DNA from: Amoebidium appalachense
Lineage: Eukaryota; Protista; Ichthyosporea
Length of the DNA stretch: 64,000 nucleotides
Reading direction: 5' to 3'
NCBI GenBank assembly: GCA_963693365.1
Contig: CAVNZM010000003.1
Span: 1,514,768 to 1,578,767 of the forward strand
Shown: positions 1 through 21,863 of the stretch, one piece after another
Layout: every line of letters starts with the position of its first letter
How positions within the stretch are numbered: the first letter of the stretch is position 1
Notes under the pieces: model-generated
What the model was told of the DNA's origin: nothing
Databases searched by the model: none
Seen by the model: the letters and a program-made list of their open reading frames with translations, nothing else
Made by a program: the position numbers and the translations under genes

Positions 1-2072
1 GAAGGAGCGAGGGAGGCGGGCGGGCGGGCGGGAGCGAGGGGGGGGAGGGAAGGAGGGAAGGAGGGAGGGGGGGGGAGGGAGGGAGGGAAGGAGGGAGGGA
101 GGGAGGGAGCAAGGAAAGACCAAGCGATCAACTCCACTGCCTACATGCCGTACATGTAGCTGCGAGAACAGCACAGTTTCCCAATTACAACAGGGCTGCG
201 ACATAGCCTACTTGTATTCAACCGAACAGTACAAAAAAGTTTCTGTCAAAGATCTGACCGTTTGCTTACTAACCTAGACTCAGCTTATCCTTAGATCAAG
301 ATGAATGGCTTCAAGCTAGCTGCACTTACAACCAAAGATAGTTGCGCTTCCAACCAAGTCGCCCGCGGTTTGCAACAGAGTGTACCCCCTCTTATCTTAC
401 CCTCTCTCCTCTTCGTTAACTCTTCCAGACTCTCTGTCCACCAACTCTGTCCCTCTGTCCCCTGCAAAGGTTGCGTGTGTACAAGCAGTGTACGAGCAGA
501 GCAAGCAACCGAGTTGAATGGGTGGGCGGGTGTGTGTGTGTATGTGGGAGGTTGGGCGAGGTGGGGGGGAGGGGGAGGGGAAGAGGGGGTTACCAGCCCG
601 ATGCAGACCCACATGCCAAGGCATGCTTGGCGCTTTTGGTCACATGAGCTCCACCCGAATCCTTTTAACTTGAGATCTCTCTGCTTGCTAGTTAATCCCA
701 GTACGCGCTTTGTTCCTAAAGCAAACATGCCTTTCCCCCCCCAAAAAGAAAAAGAAAACAATTACTCGTTTTCAATACTAAAGTACGCGTCGGTGTTCAA
801 CCCTGGGTCCTCTGCTACAAACTATCTCCTGTTTAGACAACCTCTTCCATGTTCCGTGGAAGATGGAAATTTTTGTCTCAGAGCTGTGCCAGAGCACCTG
901 AACCTTCAAAACATATGCGTATATAGCAATATCTATCTTATTTACTGCTGAATACTTATGCTTTGTCAGTTAAACACTCACATAAACGTGAGATTGTTCT
1001 CATGTTCTATAGCTACAAAAAAAAAAAAACAATCTCAGCCTCCAAGCGTTCGCAGCTCCGTGGCCGCTGTCAGCTGGCTGTGTCGTCATCATGCGGAGCG
1101 AAATTTGAGATAACCGCCGCTAGAAATTTGAGATAGACTATTTCTCGTGAATAAAAAATCCGAGGCTCCATATTCTGCGCGCATGCTGTTGCTGTGAAAA
1201 CTACCCCTTTGTTTTATTTAGGCATCTTTGTGCATAAAGCTCATAACTTATACACAAGTGAATTGAAGCGAAAGCATGCCGCTGCTTGTTTGTATGTACA
1301 TGCAATTGAAACAGTGGCGCAGCACGGCATTTCCTGTATACTTTATCTAGGCCTTTGAGATAGGACGAACAGCTCCAGGTCACCCAATCATCGTGTCGTT
1401 ATTTGTACCACTTTTGGTTAGTTTTGCTTCCGTTTCATTTGTTGGAACTTCAGGAACTAATCCCTACATACTAAAACCGTTTATATTCAAATTTTCTTGT
1501 CATCACTGAAAACAGAGATATCGCCAGAACATGACATATAAATACACATTCTTCTTGTTAAACTTATTATAGCTGTTTATACTACTATAAAAGTTCCTTA
1601 TTCTCAATTTTGAAGCATGAATGTATTTTCTTAGCACCAAAGTGTCAATTCTATTTTAAGGTAAATCGGAATGGCTACAAAGGACACCCATAAGTTGAAG
1701 ATCTGGGGATCTGAACAGAGGCTTGAAAACTGAGACTCCAGCCGCCAGCCAACTCCACCGTTGACGCGTGCTTTGGCAAGCGAGCTGAACTGTGTCAACT
1801 GAACTCAAAGTGAATAATAGTCACCTAACTTGCACCCACATATGTAATGCGCCCAACCATTCTCAAGGTAATAAGAGATAGCGAGCCACAATAGCTCTGA
1901 ATGGACCTCTGTGTGGCTCCTATTCCCAACCTCCCCGAACGAGAACAGAGCTCTTTAGCCACCACCGTTCCCCACATTCACCCCATTTTGTCTTTATTCC
2001 AACCCTTACCCCCCTCACCCCTCACCACTTTGTGCTGTTACCTACACATTTACACCCTGTCCACACACGTAC

Positions 2073-2680
<608 letters not shown>

Positions 2681-2702
2681 ACATGCGCAACACACGCAGA
2701 GA

Positions 2703-10311
<7,609 letters not shown>

Positions 10312-10835
10312 AAAACGTCGTTTACCCCCCCACCCCCCCCCACCCCCCCCCCCCCCCCCCCACCCCCTCACCCACCCTCTTTACTCGCTTTCACGTGAAC
10401 AAACACACATGAACAGACTGGGATTTGTGTACACTAGGAGGGAGAGGGGGTGTGTATGTGTGTGTATGTGTGCTGGGAGGGAAGGGGGGAGGGGGGGGGG
10501 GGGGGAGAGGGAGGGAAACAAGCGCACGTTTAGAGTTAGTAAGAACACACGTTATTGGTGGTTGGTGGTGGTGTGTGCGTGGGGTGGGGGGCAGCAAATG
10601 CAGTGATAAAATTGAATTAATCTGTTAGTTTTCCTTTACAATGTCTGATGGTGGAGTGTTGCAGGTGAATGCTAGACGTATCTTAGGCTGTCACATTTAT
10701 AGCTCCCGATTTGTTTAAAGAGACATGTCGAATGTGGTACCATTCAGGTTGAGAAATAACGGGCTAGGAAAGATTTTATGTTTTGGGTTCCCGTTGCTTA
10801 CTTGAGGCATGGACACCTGTTACAGTATGAGGTAC

Positions 10836-10872
<37 letters not shown>

Positions 10873-11150
10873 GTTTGTTTTTTTTTGCCCGCTCGGTATA
10901 TCCCCTTGGTGTTACATTTTATTATTATTTTTTTTTCCCGCTCGGTATATCCCCTTGGTGTTACATAATGTACATCGGGTATAGAGCACATCTTTTTTTT
11001 TAATTCGGAGAATCTTTTCTTCAATTAGTGTTTCCCTTCTAGTTCTAGTTCTAGTACTAGTATGTGTTAAACATAATTGTTCGTATTTTTTGTGGATGTG
11101 CATGTGGTGGTGGTGGTTGGGTGGGGTGGGGGGTGGGGGGGGGGGAGGGG

Positions 11151-11186
<36 letters not shown>

Positions 11187-11440
11187 CAAGTCCATACGCC
11201 GGAAGTCCGGGGAGAACGATTCGATCCCCAAGCGACATAAAGGGGCCGTCAGGCCCCTCTAGCGGGGGGTTGGGGGAGCGGCAGTCAACTCATTTAGGGC
11301 CCAGACACACATAGGGTTACGGTTATTGGGTTTATGTTTTTATTTTGGTAAATTATTATCAAGGATTGTATTTTTTTAGCCGGTTATGTTCTGATCTCCC
11401 TATACCTAGGGGCTTCCTTTCGGGGGGGGGGGGGGATTAG

Positions 11441-11477
<37 letters not shown>

Positions 11478-11853
11478 GCTGATTGGATAAGGGCCCCACC
11501 GTGAAATGCAATTCAGGTTCCAGTTGAAGAGAAATGATTGATTGATGCCGACTCCATATGTTGTGTGCTAATATCACAAGGTTCATAAACCCAGTAATCG
11601 TCATAGTTAGGCACTAGTACGTATACTAGCTGTTTCTTTCTGTAGTGCTTTACTTAGGTACTACAAATTGTAAAACATTGTCTCATACACTGGATACTTT
11701 TAATTTACAGTCACTGCCACTGATGTGTTCGACCTCGCATGTGTAAAATTAACTAGACACATGCTTATGCGTCCCGGCCCCTCCCCTCCCCCCTCCCCTC
11801 CAAACACGCGCGCGCGCGCAGTGTCACACACGTGTACACACACACACACACAT

Positions 11854-11910
<57 letters not shown>

Positions 11911-13144
11911 TTCGTATACCACGGTGACCGCCACCACAACCAACCAGCCATGGACCAACCACAGAAAAAAAAAAAAAAAAAAAAAAAAAGGTGCCGAATT
12001 AGTAATTAGTTGGCAATAGTGACTAGACTGAGTGCACCTGGTGCACCCAATTGCAGACATCGATCCCGGGCGCCCACCTTTCCTGCGGCAGCAGCAACCG
12101 TTTACGTAGGTCGTATGCGACAGGCTGTCGCACATGATATAGGCACATGTATACGGCATGTACGTCAGTCCACATAGGCTACAGCAGTCTCGGACTAATA
12201 ATGATCGATTGCCCTGGGTGCGGCCGGCGCCGGCTGGGCAGGGAACTTCGACGTCTAGGGAGCTCTCGAGGTTAATTTTTTTCCATCCCGACCCCCGTGT
12301 ACCCCCCAACTGGCACACACACACACACATACATGATACGACGCACACATGTCGTATATCCCGCCGCCGCTGGGGCGTCATGCAGTGGCGGCGACCCACG
12401 GTCGATCGCGCAACCGTCCACGTGCACCCTCCCGGAGCACACATGCATGTGTACACGGTCAAACGCGTTTGTATATATAATATATACACGCACACGCTGC
12501 GTTTGATATTCTTTGGTTATACCGGAATCTTGAGCTCTTATTCCTTTGAAATTTGACATGAGAGGAAAAATAGGTGTGCGTGCTGTGAAATTTCCTTCCA
12601 CAGAACGCGCGAAGTTGGCGTGTCAGGGGAGTCCGCGGGGGGATCCGGAGTCCGGATGCACATGTAAACAAAAAATATGGTCCTATTGGCTACCAATCTC
12701 TCCAATCGGAAGCCAAAGGCACATGTTTACCATATTTAGTGCTGTAGAAGGTTTGGCGATTGGATTACACACACCCAATTTCTGAAACCTCGGGTGTCAC
12801 ATTTCAAACCCCAACAATATGGGTCCAAACTTTCCAAAGCCATTGCGCGCATGTACCCCACCCAACATATGGTGCTGCAAAACCCTGTAATGAGCATAAC
12901 GCTACATATCTTGGTGATGGATTTCAAAAATACAGAGCTACCTACAACACTTTACTGCCATAGTTTGCAGTTTTTGTTCTTTTTTCGCCTCCCACTATCA
13001 CAATACATATTAATTGTGTGGGCCTGCCTGGTGGCACACGCGGTACACGGCTTGCAATTGACCCCAGGTAGGTGTGTACGGGATTAAATACGCACAATTA
13101 ATAGCACGCACGTAGTATTAGAACATATATATAATAACGGGACG

Positions 13145-14020
13145 ATGATTTCCTCACCAACTACCACTCCATTTGTCTCTACCATGGGCGCCCTGTTTCC
13201 ATACTGCACCCCCACCGTCACCCTCCACTTCACAACAAACACACCACCAGAACACCTACCCCAGCACATGCACATTTGCACATCCGACGCAACAGAAACA
13301 CAGCAATATGAGCTTGCTGATGCCGCCGGCGTGCAAACACCAACGGAAACCACCGAAAAACCAACCATGCATGTTCCAAAGGCGCTACTTTCACGCATTT
13401 CCCCCGTTTTCGAGCGCATGTTCGACTCGCAGTGCCTCGAGGCAACATCTTACAACGTAAACATCGACAGGTTCACCCCCTCTGCATTCGACACGTTTCT
13501 GCGTTTTGCTACCATCCTCGAAACCGGTCAACCCGAGCCACCCATGCGCTTCACAACTGAAGACATCGCCTCCGTGGTACCTATTGCACACTACTACATG
13601 AACGAAAAAGTGCTAAACGCAATGAAGGATTTCGTCGAAGTGGAGCCTACACTCGATCGCGTTCTCATTTTTGTCGACGACGGAGTAAACTACATGTGGA
13701 GAGAAAAAGTGGCCGAGCAAATGAGCAGGGAGATATTCGGTATTGCCGAAAACCGGAGTTGTAGCCTATACGCCAGGACGGGATATAACCGGGATATCCT
13801 GTCAACGTGGCACACAACAAGTGGTAGCTGTCGTGGCAATGGGTCGACAGGGTGTTCGTCTCTGCATGCATCGTGCATGTCCCCGTGCACTTCTAGCACT
13901 CTCTACCTGCGCGGTGAAACGGAGGCAAAGGCAAAGCGCTTACCCCCTGCATTGCTGTTTGAGGCAACTAGGATAGCACTGGCAATTCCGGGGTTGCAAA
14001 TCATCACCACACCGACGTGA
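13145..14020 (+). CDS. Intronless BTB/POZ domain protein (291 aa)
   Basis: Repeat-free ORF containing the BTB core MHVPKALLSRISPVFERMFDSQCLEATSYNVNIDRFTPSAFDTFLRF...VVPIAHYYMNEKVLNAMKDF; AT-rich TATA-like stretch just upstream. Confidence 0.8.
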   Translation: MISSPTTTPFVSTMGALFPYCTPTVTLHFTTNTPPEHLPQHMHICTSDATETQQYELADAAGVQTPTETTEKPTMHVPKALLSRISPVFERMFDSQCLEATSYNVNIDRFTPSAFDTFLRFATILETGQPEPPMRFTTEDIASVVPIAHYYMNEKVLNAMKDFVEVEPTLDRVLIFVDDGVNYMWREKVAEQMSREIFGIAENRSCSLYARTGYNRDILSTWHTTSGSCRGNGSTGCSSLHASCMSPCTSSTLYLRGETEAKAKRLPPALLFEATRIALAIPGLQIITTPT

Positions 14021-14275
14021 ACGAGCACAAATTTCTGCAAATGTGGACAACTTAACTTGGTTTGCTTTTTTTTCCCCCTTTTCTTTTCTTTTCCTTTTTT
14101 TTCTCCTTTTCTTTTCCCTTTTGTTTTTCCTTTCCCCCCCGTTTTTCCCCGTCTTCTTATTCTTTTATATAGCTGTATCAAGGATGGGTGCCCGGCCTGC
14201 AGCTGCGTGGATGCTTTTGGAAAAGAATTAGGGGCCCGGTGAGGGGGAGCCTGCCTTTTTTCTTTTTATTAAAAA

Positions 14276-14331
<56 letters not shown>

Positions 14332-14476
14332 AGAGAGAAAACCTTATATGTCGTGCTTTTACATGAATTGCTTGGTCACGGTGGGTTCAGCCTTTTCACA
14401 GCCTGATTAAACTTTAATGTGACCACCGTGGGCGGTGTGAGGGCGGATCATGCGGGTGGGCAAAAGATGAACTTTG

Positions 14477-14538
<62 letters not shown>

Positions 14539-15109
14539 ACGCGCGCGCATGTGCTTGTGTGTGTGCGAGTGCGTGTGCGCATGTGTGTACCTGTGCACGT
14601 GTGGGTTTTTTTCACGGTGTGCTAATGGCTTCCGATAATATGTGTGTGCGTGTGTGGACGCCTGAAGGAAGGAGAAAGTACTATACATATGGTAATACGC
14701 GTACGAACCTACCGAATAAACTTACAAAGTGAACATATGCATGACTTTGACGTCCAATATCCGTGACTTCCATTCGTAAGGCCTTCTCTAGCCTTCCAGA
14801 CGCTGAACCTCCCGAGTCTCCGAGTCCCAGCAGCTGATCATACAACTCGGAAAAAATGATGTATGTAGAAAGTGAAGCATTCGCAGAAAGGGTGGGAGAG
14901 TTTGTGGGGGGGGGGGGGGGGGGGGGAGGGGGGGGGGGGGGGGGTTCTCTACAAAGTGTAGGGGGAGGAAGGGTGATAAATAGAGGACCTGATATTAGAT
15001 GAGGGAAAGGGGCCCGGGGAAATCGTGGGCATAACGAGAGAGCGGAGGGAATCAGACAGTTGTAAAAGCAAAAGCGCCTTTTGCTTAAGGGCCTGCCGGG
15101 ATGAGAGGA

Positions 15110-15169
<60 letters not shown>

Positions 15170-16163
15170 ATGAGTGTGTGTGCTACGGTGTGGCGTCGTG
15201 TTTGTGTGGAACGAGAGGGAGCTGGGGAGAGACTAGGGAGGAAGAGAGCCTCGGGAGGGAAAGGGGGGGGGGGTAGAGTGAGGCAGACGTGGTAGGCGAG
15301 GACAGAGGAAGGGGAGAGGCAGGGAGGCGGGGGAGGGGGGGGGGGGGGGGGGGTGGGGGGATTGTGGGACAGAGGGAGAGCTTCAGAGAATAGAGAGCAC
15401 AGGAGAAAGAGAGAGAGAGAGAGCTTCGAAAGAAGAGAGCCTCGGGGGAAGAGGGGTGGTGTACAGGTGTAGAGGTGGGGGTGGGGGGGGTCAGGGGGGA
15501 GATTGAGCAGAGAGAGAAGCCTTCTGAGAGAGAGAATAGAGATATGGAGAGAGAGAAAGAGAGAGAAGGGGGGGGAGGGGGAGGAAAGGGATGGGAGAGA
15601 GGTTGTTGGGGGGGGGGGGGGGGGGCAGAGGGAAGGGAGCCTGAGGGAGGGAGGGAGGGGGGGGGGGGGGGAAGGGAGGGAGAGCTTTAAAGGAGAGAAA
15701 GAGCTCCGAAATGAGGGAGCCTCGGGGAGAGAGGGGTGGTGTACAGGGTGGGGGGGACCCGGGAGGGGTGGGGGGACCGAGAGGAAGAGAAAGAGAGACT
15801 AGCCCTTTATGAGGAAGAGAGGGGGGGAGGGGGGGGGGAGGGGGAGCGAGAGAGAGAGGGGGGAGGAATAGTGAGAGAGCGGAAGAGAGAGAGAGAGCTG
15901 ACGGGGCGGAGAGAGAGAGAGAGATAGAGCCTACAGGCTACGGGGGGAAGGTGGGTAGGGTGGGGGGGGGGGGGGGGGGGGAGGAGCCAGGAGGCAGGGA
16001 GAGGGGGGAGGGGGGAGAGAGAGAGAGAAAGGGAAAGAGGTGTGTGTGTGGGGGGGTGGGGGGTGGGGGGGGAGGGGGGGAGAGGGAGAGAAAGAGAGAG
16101 AGTGTTTGTAAGTGTGAGGTTAAGGGGTGGGTAGGTTGGGGGGGGGGGGGGGGGGGGAGGGGA

Positions 16164-16202
<39 letters not shown>

Positions 16203-16857
16203 GGGTAAGGGTGACACGAAAAATGGAAAAAGGCTGTGTGTAGGAGCTTGCACAATAAATTGCACAAGGCCATGTATGTAATGAGCACAAATAATCGTAA
16301 ACGGCGGGCCCTGCCGGTGTGGCTGAAACATAAGTTGAAAAGCTTCATTGTTGGAGTCAGCCGATTCATTTGGAAAGTTTCGTTGTTTTGCCGGGACTAG
16401 GTTGTAGATTCAAGCCGACTTATTCTAAATCTGTGACGTCATATGTAGTCTTTTCCTCTTTGAGATCGGGTCTACTTTCTTTAGACTACATTACTACATA
16501 TTGGTCGACGAGGGTTTCCGGTTCCGTTACAGTCACTGTGCGAACACGCTTATTGTACATAGGCTTCGAAAACCTTGTGTAAACTTCTTTTTTATGATGA
16601 CTTTGTTAATGTAAATTTTGTTCATTTCCACCTACTACACCTGAACACTCTCTTCCGTATACGCGTAGACTGAGCCAATGTTACTCTTCAACCGTATTTT
16701 AGCCAAACGCACAAGCCTCGGTACATAACAGAAATCTATATTAGCGTCTTTTTGCAGATAATCAACAGTGTTTCAACCGGTTTTCCGCACAATGACCACA
16801 AAACTTCCACAATAATGGAAAGACCTGACCTCACCACCAAAGGACGGAGGCGAAAGG

Positions 16858-18180
16858 ATGGAAGAAACGAGACGGAAAAGGAGGGTGTGCCCAACCTGCA
16901 ACGGTTGTGGGTTTGTAGAGGAAGACGAAGGGATTAACGTAAACGACACAACACAAGAAAACGAGAACGTAAACGAGCAAGAGAACGCACAGAATAACGG
17001 AAATGAGAGGGAGATAATGGAGGCTACGAGTGAGGGAGACGAGAGCGAAGGTGAAAACGGGGACGAAGTGTTGGCTGAAAGGGATGGAGAAAGCCACACA
17101 TTGGATGTTTCAGATCATTTTGCAAGGGCACTTGCCACGTTCGAGCAACCCACCGGTGCGAAGAAACCCCCATCGATCATGAGCAAACTCCCTGTTATAA
17201 AACTGCGATTACCACCACGCAGCTTTAATAGGCCACCACTCAACATGAGCCAACATCCCAAGCTTATACCACAACCGCCACCCAGCAACATGATTAAATG
17301 CCCACCCCTCATGACCGGACCCCCTGTTTTTATGCCCGGACCCCCACCAGCCATCCCTTTCTCTACGGCAATATCCTTCCTCTACCACAGTTTGCCCCCA
17401 CCCTCCCCGCCCCCGGCAGAGGAACCCCCTCCCATAATTGTGAGAAGAACCGAAAAACCCAAACTGGTGTGTAACGACTGTGGGTTCGAAACGACCAAAC
17501 AGGAAATATTGGACGAACATGCAAGCACTCACACGTTGGAGAAGAAGTATGCGTGCACGAAAACACGTTGCCACCGAAAATTCACGTCAGCGGCAAAACT
17601 CGAAAAGCACCTGCAAAACCACAAATACTACACGTGTGTGCAGGCAGGCTGCGACTATGTGACCTCAAAACGAACGGAATTCGTGATTCACGAACGGAAA
17701 CACACGGGGGAGAGACCGTTTGTTTGTGAGCAACCTAATTGCGGGGGCAAGTTCGTATCTAAGAGTAGTCTCAGTTTACACATGAGTTCGGCACATACGG
17801 ACCTACCGGTGGAGGTGTTGAAACCCTTTGCGTGCACACAGGAAGGATGTCTCTACCGCGCGCCAACAGAAGGTCGTTTGAGAGATCACGTGATAACTCA
17901 CACGGGGGAAAGACCACATGCGTGCACTTTCCCAGGGTGCTCTGCTCGTTTTGGAATAAAGGCAACACTGCGAACACACATGAATCGACACACACGAGCA
18001 CGGACGTATAAGTGCCCCTTTGAGGGGTGTGTGTATGTTGCTTCAGAAAAGGAGGCGCTAGAAATACACAAGAGGATACACACGGGGGAGAAGCCGTACG
18101 AGTGCACGTGGGTTGGGTGTGGTGCCGCGTTTGCGCATAGGGCTAACATGAAAGCGCACATGAAAACGCACGAGAGATAG
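16858..18180 (+). CDS. Intronless C2H2 zinc-finger protein (440 aa, 8 fingers), probable transcription factor
   Basis: Eight Cx2-4Cx12Hx3-4H fingers with HTGERP/HTGEKP linkers; acidic and proline-rich N-terminal regions; CPTCNGCG near the N-terminus. Confidence 0.9.
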   Translation: MEETRRKRRVCPTCNGCGFVEEDEGINVNDTTQENENVNEQENAQNNGNEREIMEATSEGDESEGENGDEVLAERDGESHTLDVSDHFARALATFEQPTGAKKPPSIMSKLPVIKLRLPPRSFNRPPLNMSQHPKLIPQPPPSNMIKCPPLMTGPPVFMPGPPPAIPFSTAISFLYHSLPPPSPPPAEEPPPIIVRRTEKPKLVCNDCGFETTKQEILDEHASTHTLEKKYACTKTRCHRKFTSAAKLEKHLQNHKYYTCVQAGCDYVTSKRTEFVIHERKHTGERPFVCEQPNCGGKFVSKSSLSLHMSSAHTDLPVEVLKPFACTQEGCLYRAPTEGRLRDHVITHTGERPHACTFPGCSARFGIKATLRTHMNRHTRARTYKCPFEGCVYVASEKEALEIHKRIHTGEKPYECTWVGCGAAFAHRANMKAHMKTHER

Positions 18181-19359
18181 GAATGGTTGAGCTACATGTA
18201 TGTTTTTCTTTGAATATGTGCGATATACGATAGTTAATCTGTATGATTTAGTCTGCTGAGGAAGAGTGGGAAGTGTTTCTGGATTGTCACGTTAATATGA
18301 AATCTAGTAGTTTGAAATAAGCTAGTGTATAATGGTTCTATTAGTTATCATGTGTATAACTAAACAGTGAAATGTGTGTTAACTCAATAAAGCCATGTGC
18401 TTTAAGATACATGGAGCGTACAAACAAACAAGTTGTGTGCTAATTAAATAGATTAAGCAATGCTATAGGAACATGTACTTGGAGTAATGTGTATACATCT
18501 TAAAGCAAATGCACCGTTAAGCTGCACCAGGCAGAACCTTTCAAAACTAGCACCGATGCCATCGATGTTAAAAAGCAGCGCCCCTCCCCCCCCTCCGCCC
18601 CACCCTTCTCCTCTTCGGTTTTACAACAACGTGCAGGCTTGGTCAAACTTTCCTCACCAGTAGGCATTGTGTTTGTGTGTGTGTGTGTGTTGTGTGCTTG
18701 TGTTTGATGGTGGTGGGGCACGGTGAGGTGGAAAGGGGAGAAGGGTGCCTGCATAAGTTTGGTGTGAAAATTGTGGAGAGGAGGAGGAGGCCGAGGAGCC
18801 TCCCCCACCTGGTCCAGCATGACCACCACACAAAGTCATACAGAAACACGTAGCGAAACGAGATGCACATATGTCCCCCTCTAGCAGGCAAGGAATTCTA
18901 CAAAAACGGGGTTGACAGGCCTGAATGAAATTTTTGTTCAATAATAGATGTATCACCAAAGGAATCATGATACAGAATACCGAGCACCAAGTTCCAGCCA
19001 AAGCAACTTGAGATCTTCTGCAAGGCCTCTTATCAGTATCCACATCAACATCAATCAACAGACGAAAAAGTAAGAAAGTGAAGGATTTGCAGAAAGTTTT
19101 GGAGAGAATGGTGGTGCACGTGGTGGTGGTGGTGGTGGTGGTGATGGCCGGTGGGGGTGGGGGGGGGGGGGGGGGGGGGGGGGGATTGTTACTACGTGAC
19201 CAAGTCAAATGACTCAGGGGGATGCATGGTGACTAATCTGAGGAGGAAATATCCGAGGGAAACTGGCCGGGGGAGTAAAGAGGAGATAAAGGGAGGGAAA
19301 GTTGAGACGTTTTTAAATATATATATATATATACTTTTTTTGTTGGGGGGGGGGGGGGG

Positions 19360-19399
<40 letters not shown>

Positions 19400-20880
19400 A
19401 GGTGTGCTACGGCCTGCAAGTGTGTGTGAGTGTCAGTGTGTGTTCGTGTGTGAAGAAAAGAAGGGATGAGAAACGGGGGGGGGGGGGGGGGGGGAGGGAG
19501 AGCTCGAGGGAGACAGGAAGAGTTGGGGAGGGGGGGAGGGGGGGAGGGGGGGTGGAGGGGGAGTGAGCAAGAGGAAGAGAGGGGGGCAAACTGGGAGAGA
19601 GAGATGGAGACAGAGGGAGGGAGGGGGAGGGGGAGGGGGAGAGGGGGAGGGGGCTGTTTTTCTTTAGGGCGCGCTAAAAATAAAAGAAATTTCTGAGGTT
19701 GTGTGTGTAGGTGTACGCCGAAAAAAATGGACGGGGCCACGTTACGAGCACCGTGAATTAACCGTAAGTGGCAGGGCCTGCGCATGTGTGGGTGAAATCG
19801 GTAATTGAAGTGTCCGATTTGTTTCTGTCTTCAAGCCTTGCATGCTCGATTGGCAGGCACCCAGGAAAATCGGTGACGTCATACATAGTCTTTTTGCTAT
19901 CAAGCTTGAGTCTCCATGGCCAGTATTTATAACTTATACTTGCTTTCGTTGCTTTATTGGCTCGACTCACACCACACAATACCGGATCGAATCGTTCCAA
20001 AATACACAAACCGAGTCGTTACCTGAAAATATTTGGTGCGGATTGGAATGTGGCGCGAAAATGTGACGTTGTGATTAACTCGTTGAGTTTGCACTGGTCA
20101 CCCTTGCCTTATTTGGTACCCTACTAGCCCTATTTGGTAAGGTAATGAATGTTCAGTTACCTTATTTGGTAATTTATTCAAAACTTCTGATTGGTCGCGC
20201 ATTTCATATATAAACTCCTGTCGTGGCTTCGAAACCTGTCAGTTCTTTTAGTTGAGGTACAAAGGCAACGCAACGTCGTAAGTTGAGTTTGTTTTATGTA
20301 GCACATAAATACATAATAGTCACTTAACGTGGGTAGACCGACTCTGGGCTAATAGTATGCTGTATCATTAGCAAATTAGCTGATAGTAAGATATATCTAA
20401 TTGGTTTAGTAGTGAGACAGATCTGTTGCTGGTTCACTGAGAATTCTCCGTTCAAGAGGGCCATTCATGTCGAAGAGCTGTCGTTTACACATTCATCAAA
20501 TACACGACCGCTTTCCTCTCCTCTATCTAAGCTTAATAACCCTCGCTGCAATAAACCTTAGACATCCATAATGGACATACGTGAGCTGGTGGGGAAGTGC
20601 CGGTTGCTGGCCATGCAGTGCGAGCCGATGCTGGAGAGGATGGAGGAGGCTTCCTTTCAGTTGGAAGAAAGAGAACGGCCGTAGTCGCACGGGAAAAGAA
20701 AATGAACGAGGATAGAAAAAAACTGGAGGATGAGAGGTGTGTGTATATGTGTTCTGCTTCTGCGTATAGTTCATGAGTTTGTGAGTGTTTGTGTGTGGGT
20801 GTGTGTGTGTGCTGTACATGTGTTCTGTAGGCTGTGTTGTGTGCGCGGGGTTTTGTGTGCTGTGTGCTGTGTGCTGCGTG

Positions 20881-20975
<95 letters not shown>

Positions 20976-20976
20976 A

Positions 20977-21031
<55 letters not shown>

Positions 21032-21655
21032 GTACAGCGTGCGTGCGTTGTCGCACACATGCGTGTGCGTGTGTGCGTGTGTGCGTGCGTGTGCGCGTGA
21101 GTGCACGCGTGTGTGCGCGCATTGTCGGTAGCATAGTGGCATGGAGAGTGTGTTTCGGGTATGTGCTTGCAACACATGTGCACGTGTGACTTTTGCATGT
21201 GGTTGTCGTTGTGTTACCATTTTGCAGGACGGTTTTTTGTGTACTGGTATTAGATACGATATTCTAATTTTGTGGTTGTGTGCTGACGCACTACAGTCTA
21301 CACGTGCTTGCTTGTGCACATGTTTGTTGTATGACTTTCCATGCCTGGCCGTTTGTTAGGGCGTCTAGCAATTACGAGTGTGGGTAATATTCATCCAAGT
21401 TCGAATCTGTGCCCATTTGAACGAAGTTTATTATATGCGCTTGTGCAAGACTCGGGGCATTTGCGCACATCTCCTTCCGGGTGGTTTTCTTTTACTAAGT
21501 AATAATAATGCGCATTTGAATAAATTCATATGCACATGCCATATGCATCATTTATGTGTACTAATACTGTCATCAGGCTGAATATATTTATATGGTCCTA
21601 TGATATATCAATAAACGAAAAAGGGATGGCTTTTAAAAGGTGTTCGTGGAGCCTC

Positions 21656-21863
21656 AGGGGGAGGGGTTTGTTGGGATCGTTGGGATGGAGTCCGACGTGA
21701 TCTCTGGGGATGACTACGTAATTTAAGAGTAACAGAGAAGCCTAGGTATAAGGGGTCCACAGCAGAAACTTAATGGTGATTTTGAACTTGGAAATTATCA
21801 GCTAAGGATATTAATACTTGCTGCTTCGTTTGGCTGTTGTGTGGCCTTATATAATTATAAACA
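21656..21863 (+). mobile_element. Possible LTR remnant preceded by a polypurine tract
   Basis: Purine run AGGGGGAGGGG followed by TGTTGGG (21669) and ending ...ATAAACA (21863): TG...CA termini in a copia-like PPT context. No second LTR or TSD found. Confidence 0.25.

Noticed and set aside
291-1092. ORFs 301-951 and 291-761, and possible minus-strand exons of a divergent gene
   Set aside because: No recognisable motifs. Splice-like sites exist, but I could not build a consistent coding frame.
11190-11300. Several GC hairpins and a GATTCGATCCC B-box-like word suggesting a tRNA, SINE or ribozyme
   Set aside because: No cloverleaf or T-stem and no complete hammerhead core (CTGANGA...GAAA).
13057-13087. 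piggyBac-like end (TTGACCCC...CGGGATTAA)
   Set aside because: No matching opposite terminus or transposase in the window.
18500-21600. Short ORFs and possible minus-strand exons between the ZF gene and the palindrome
   Set aside because: No recognisable protein motifs or consistent exon chain.
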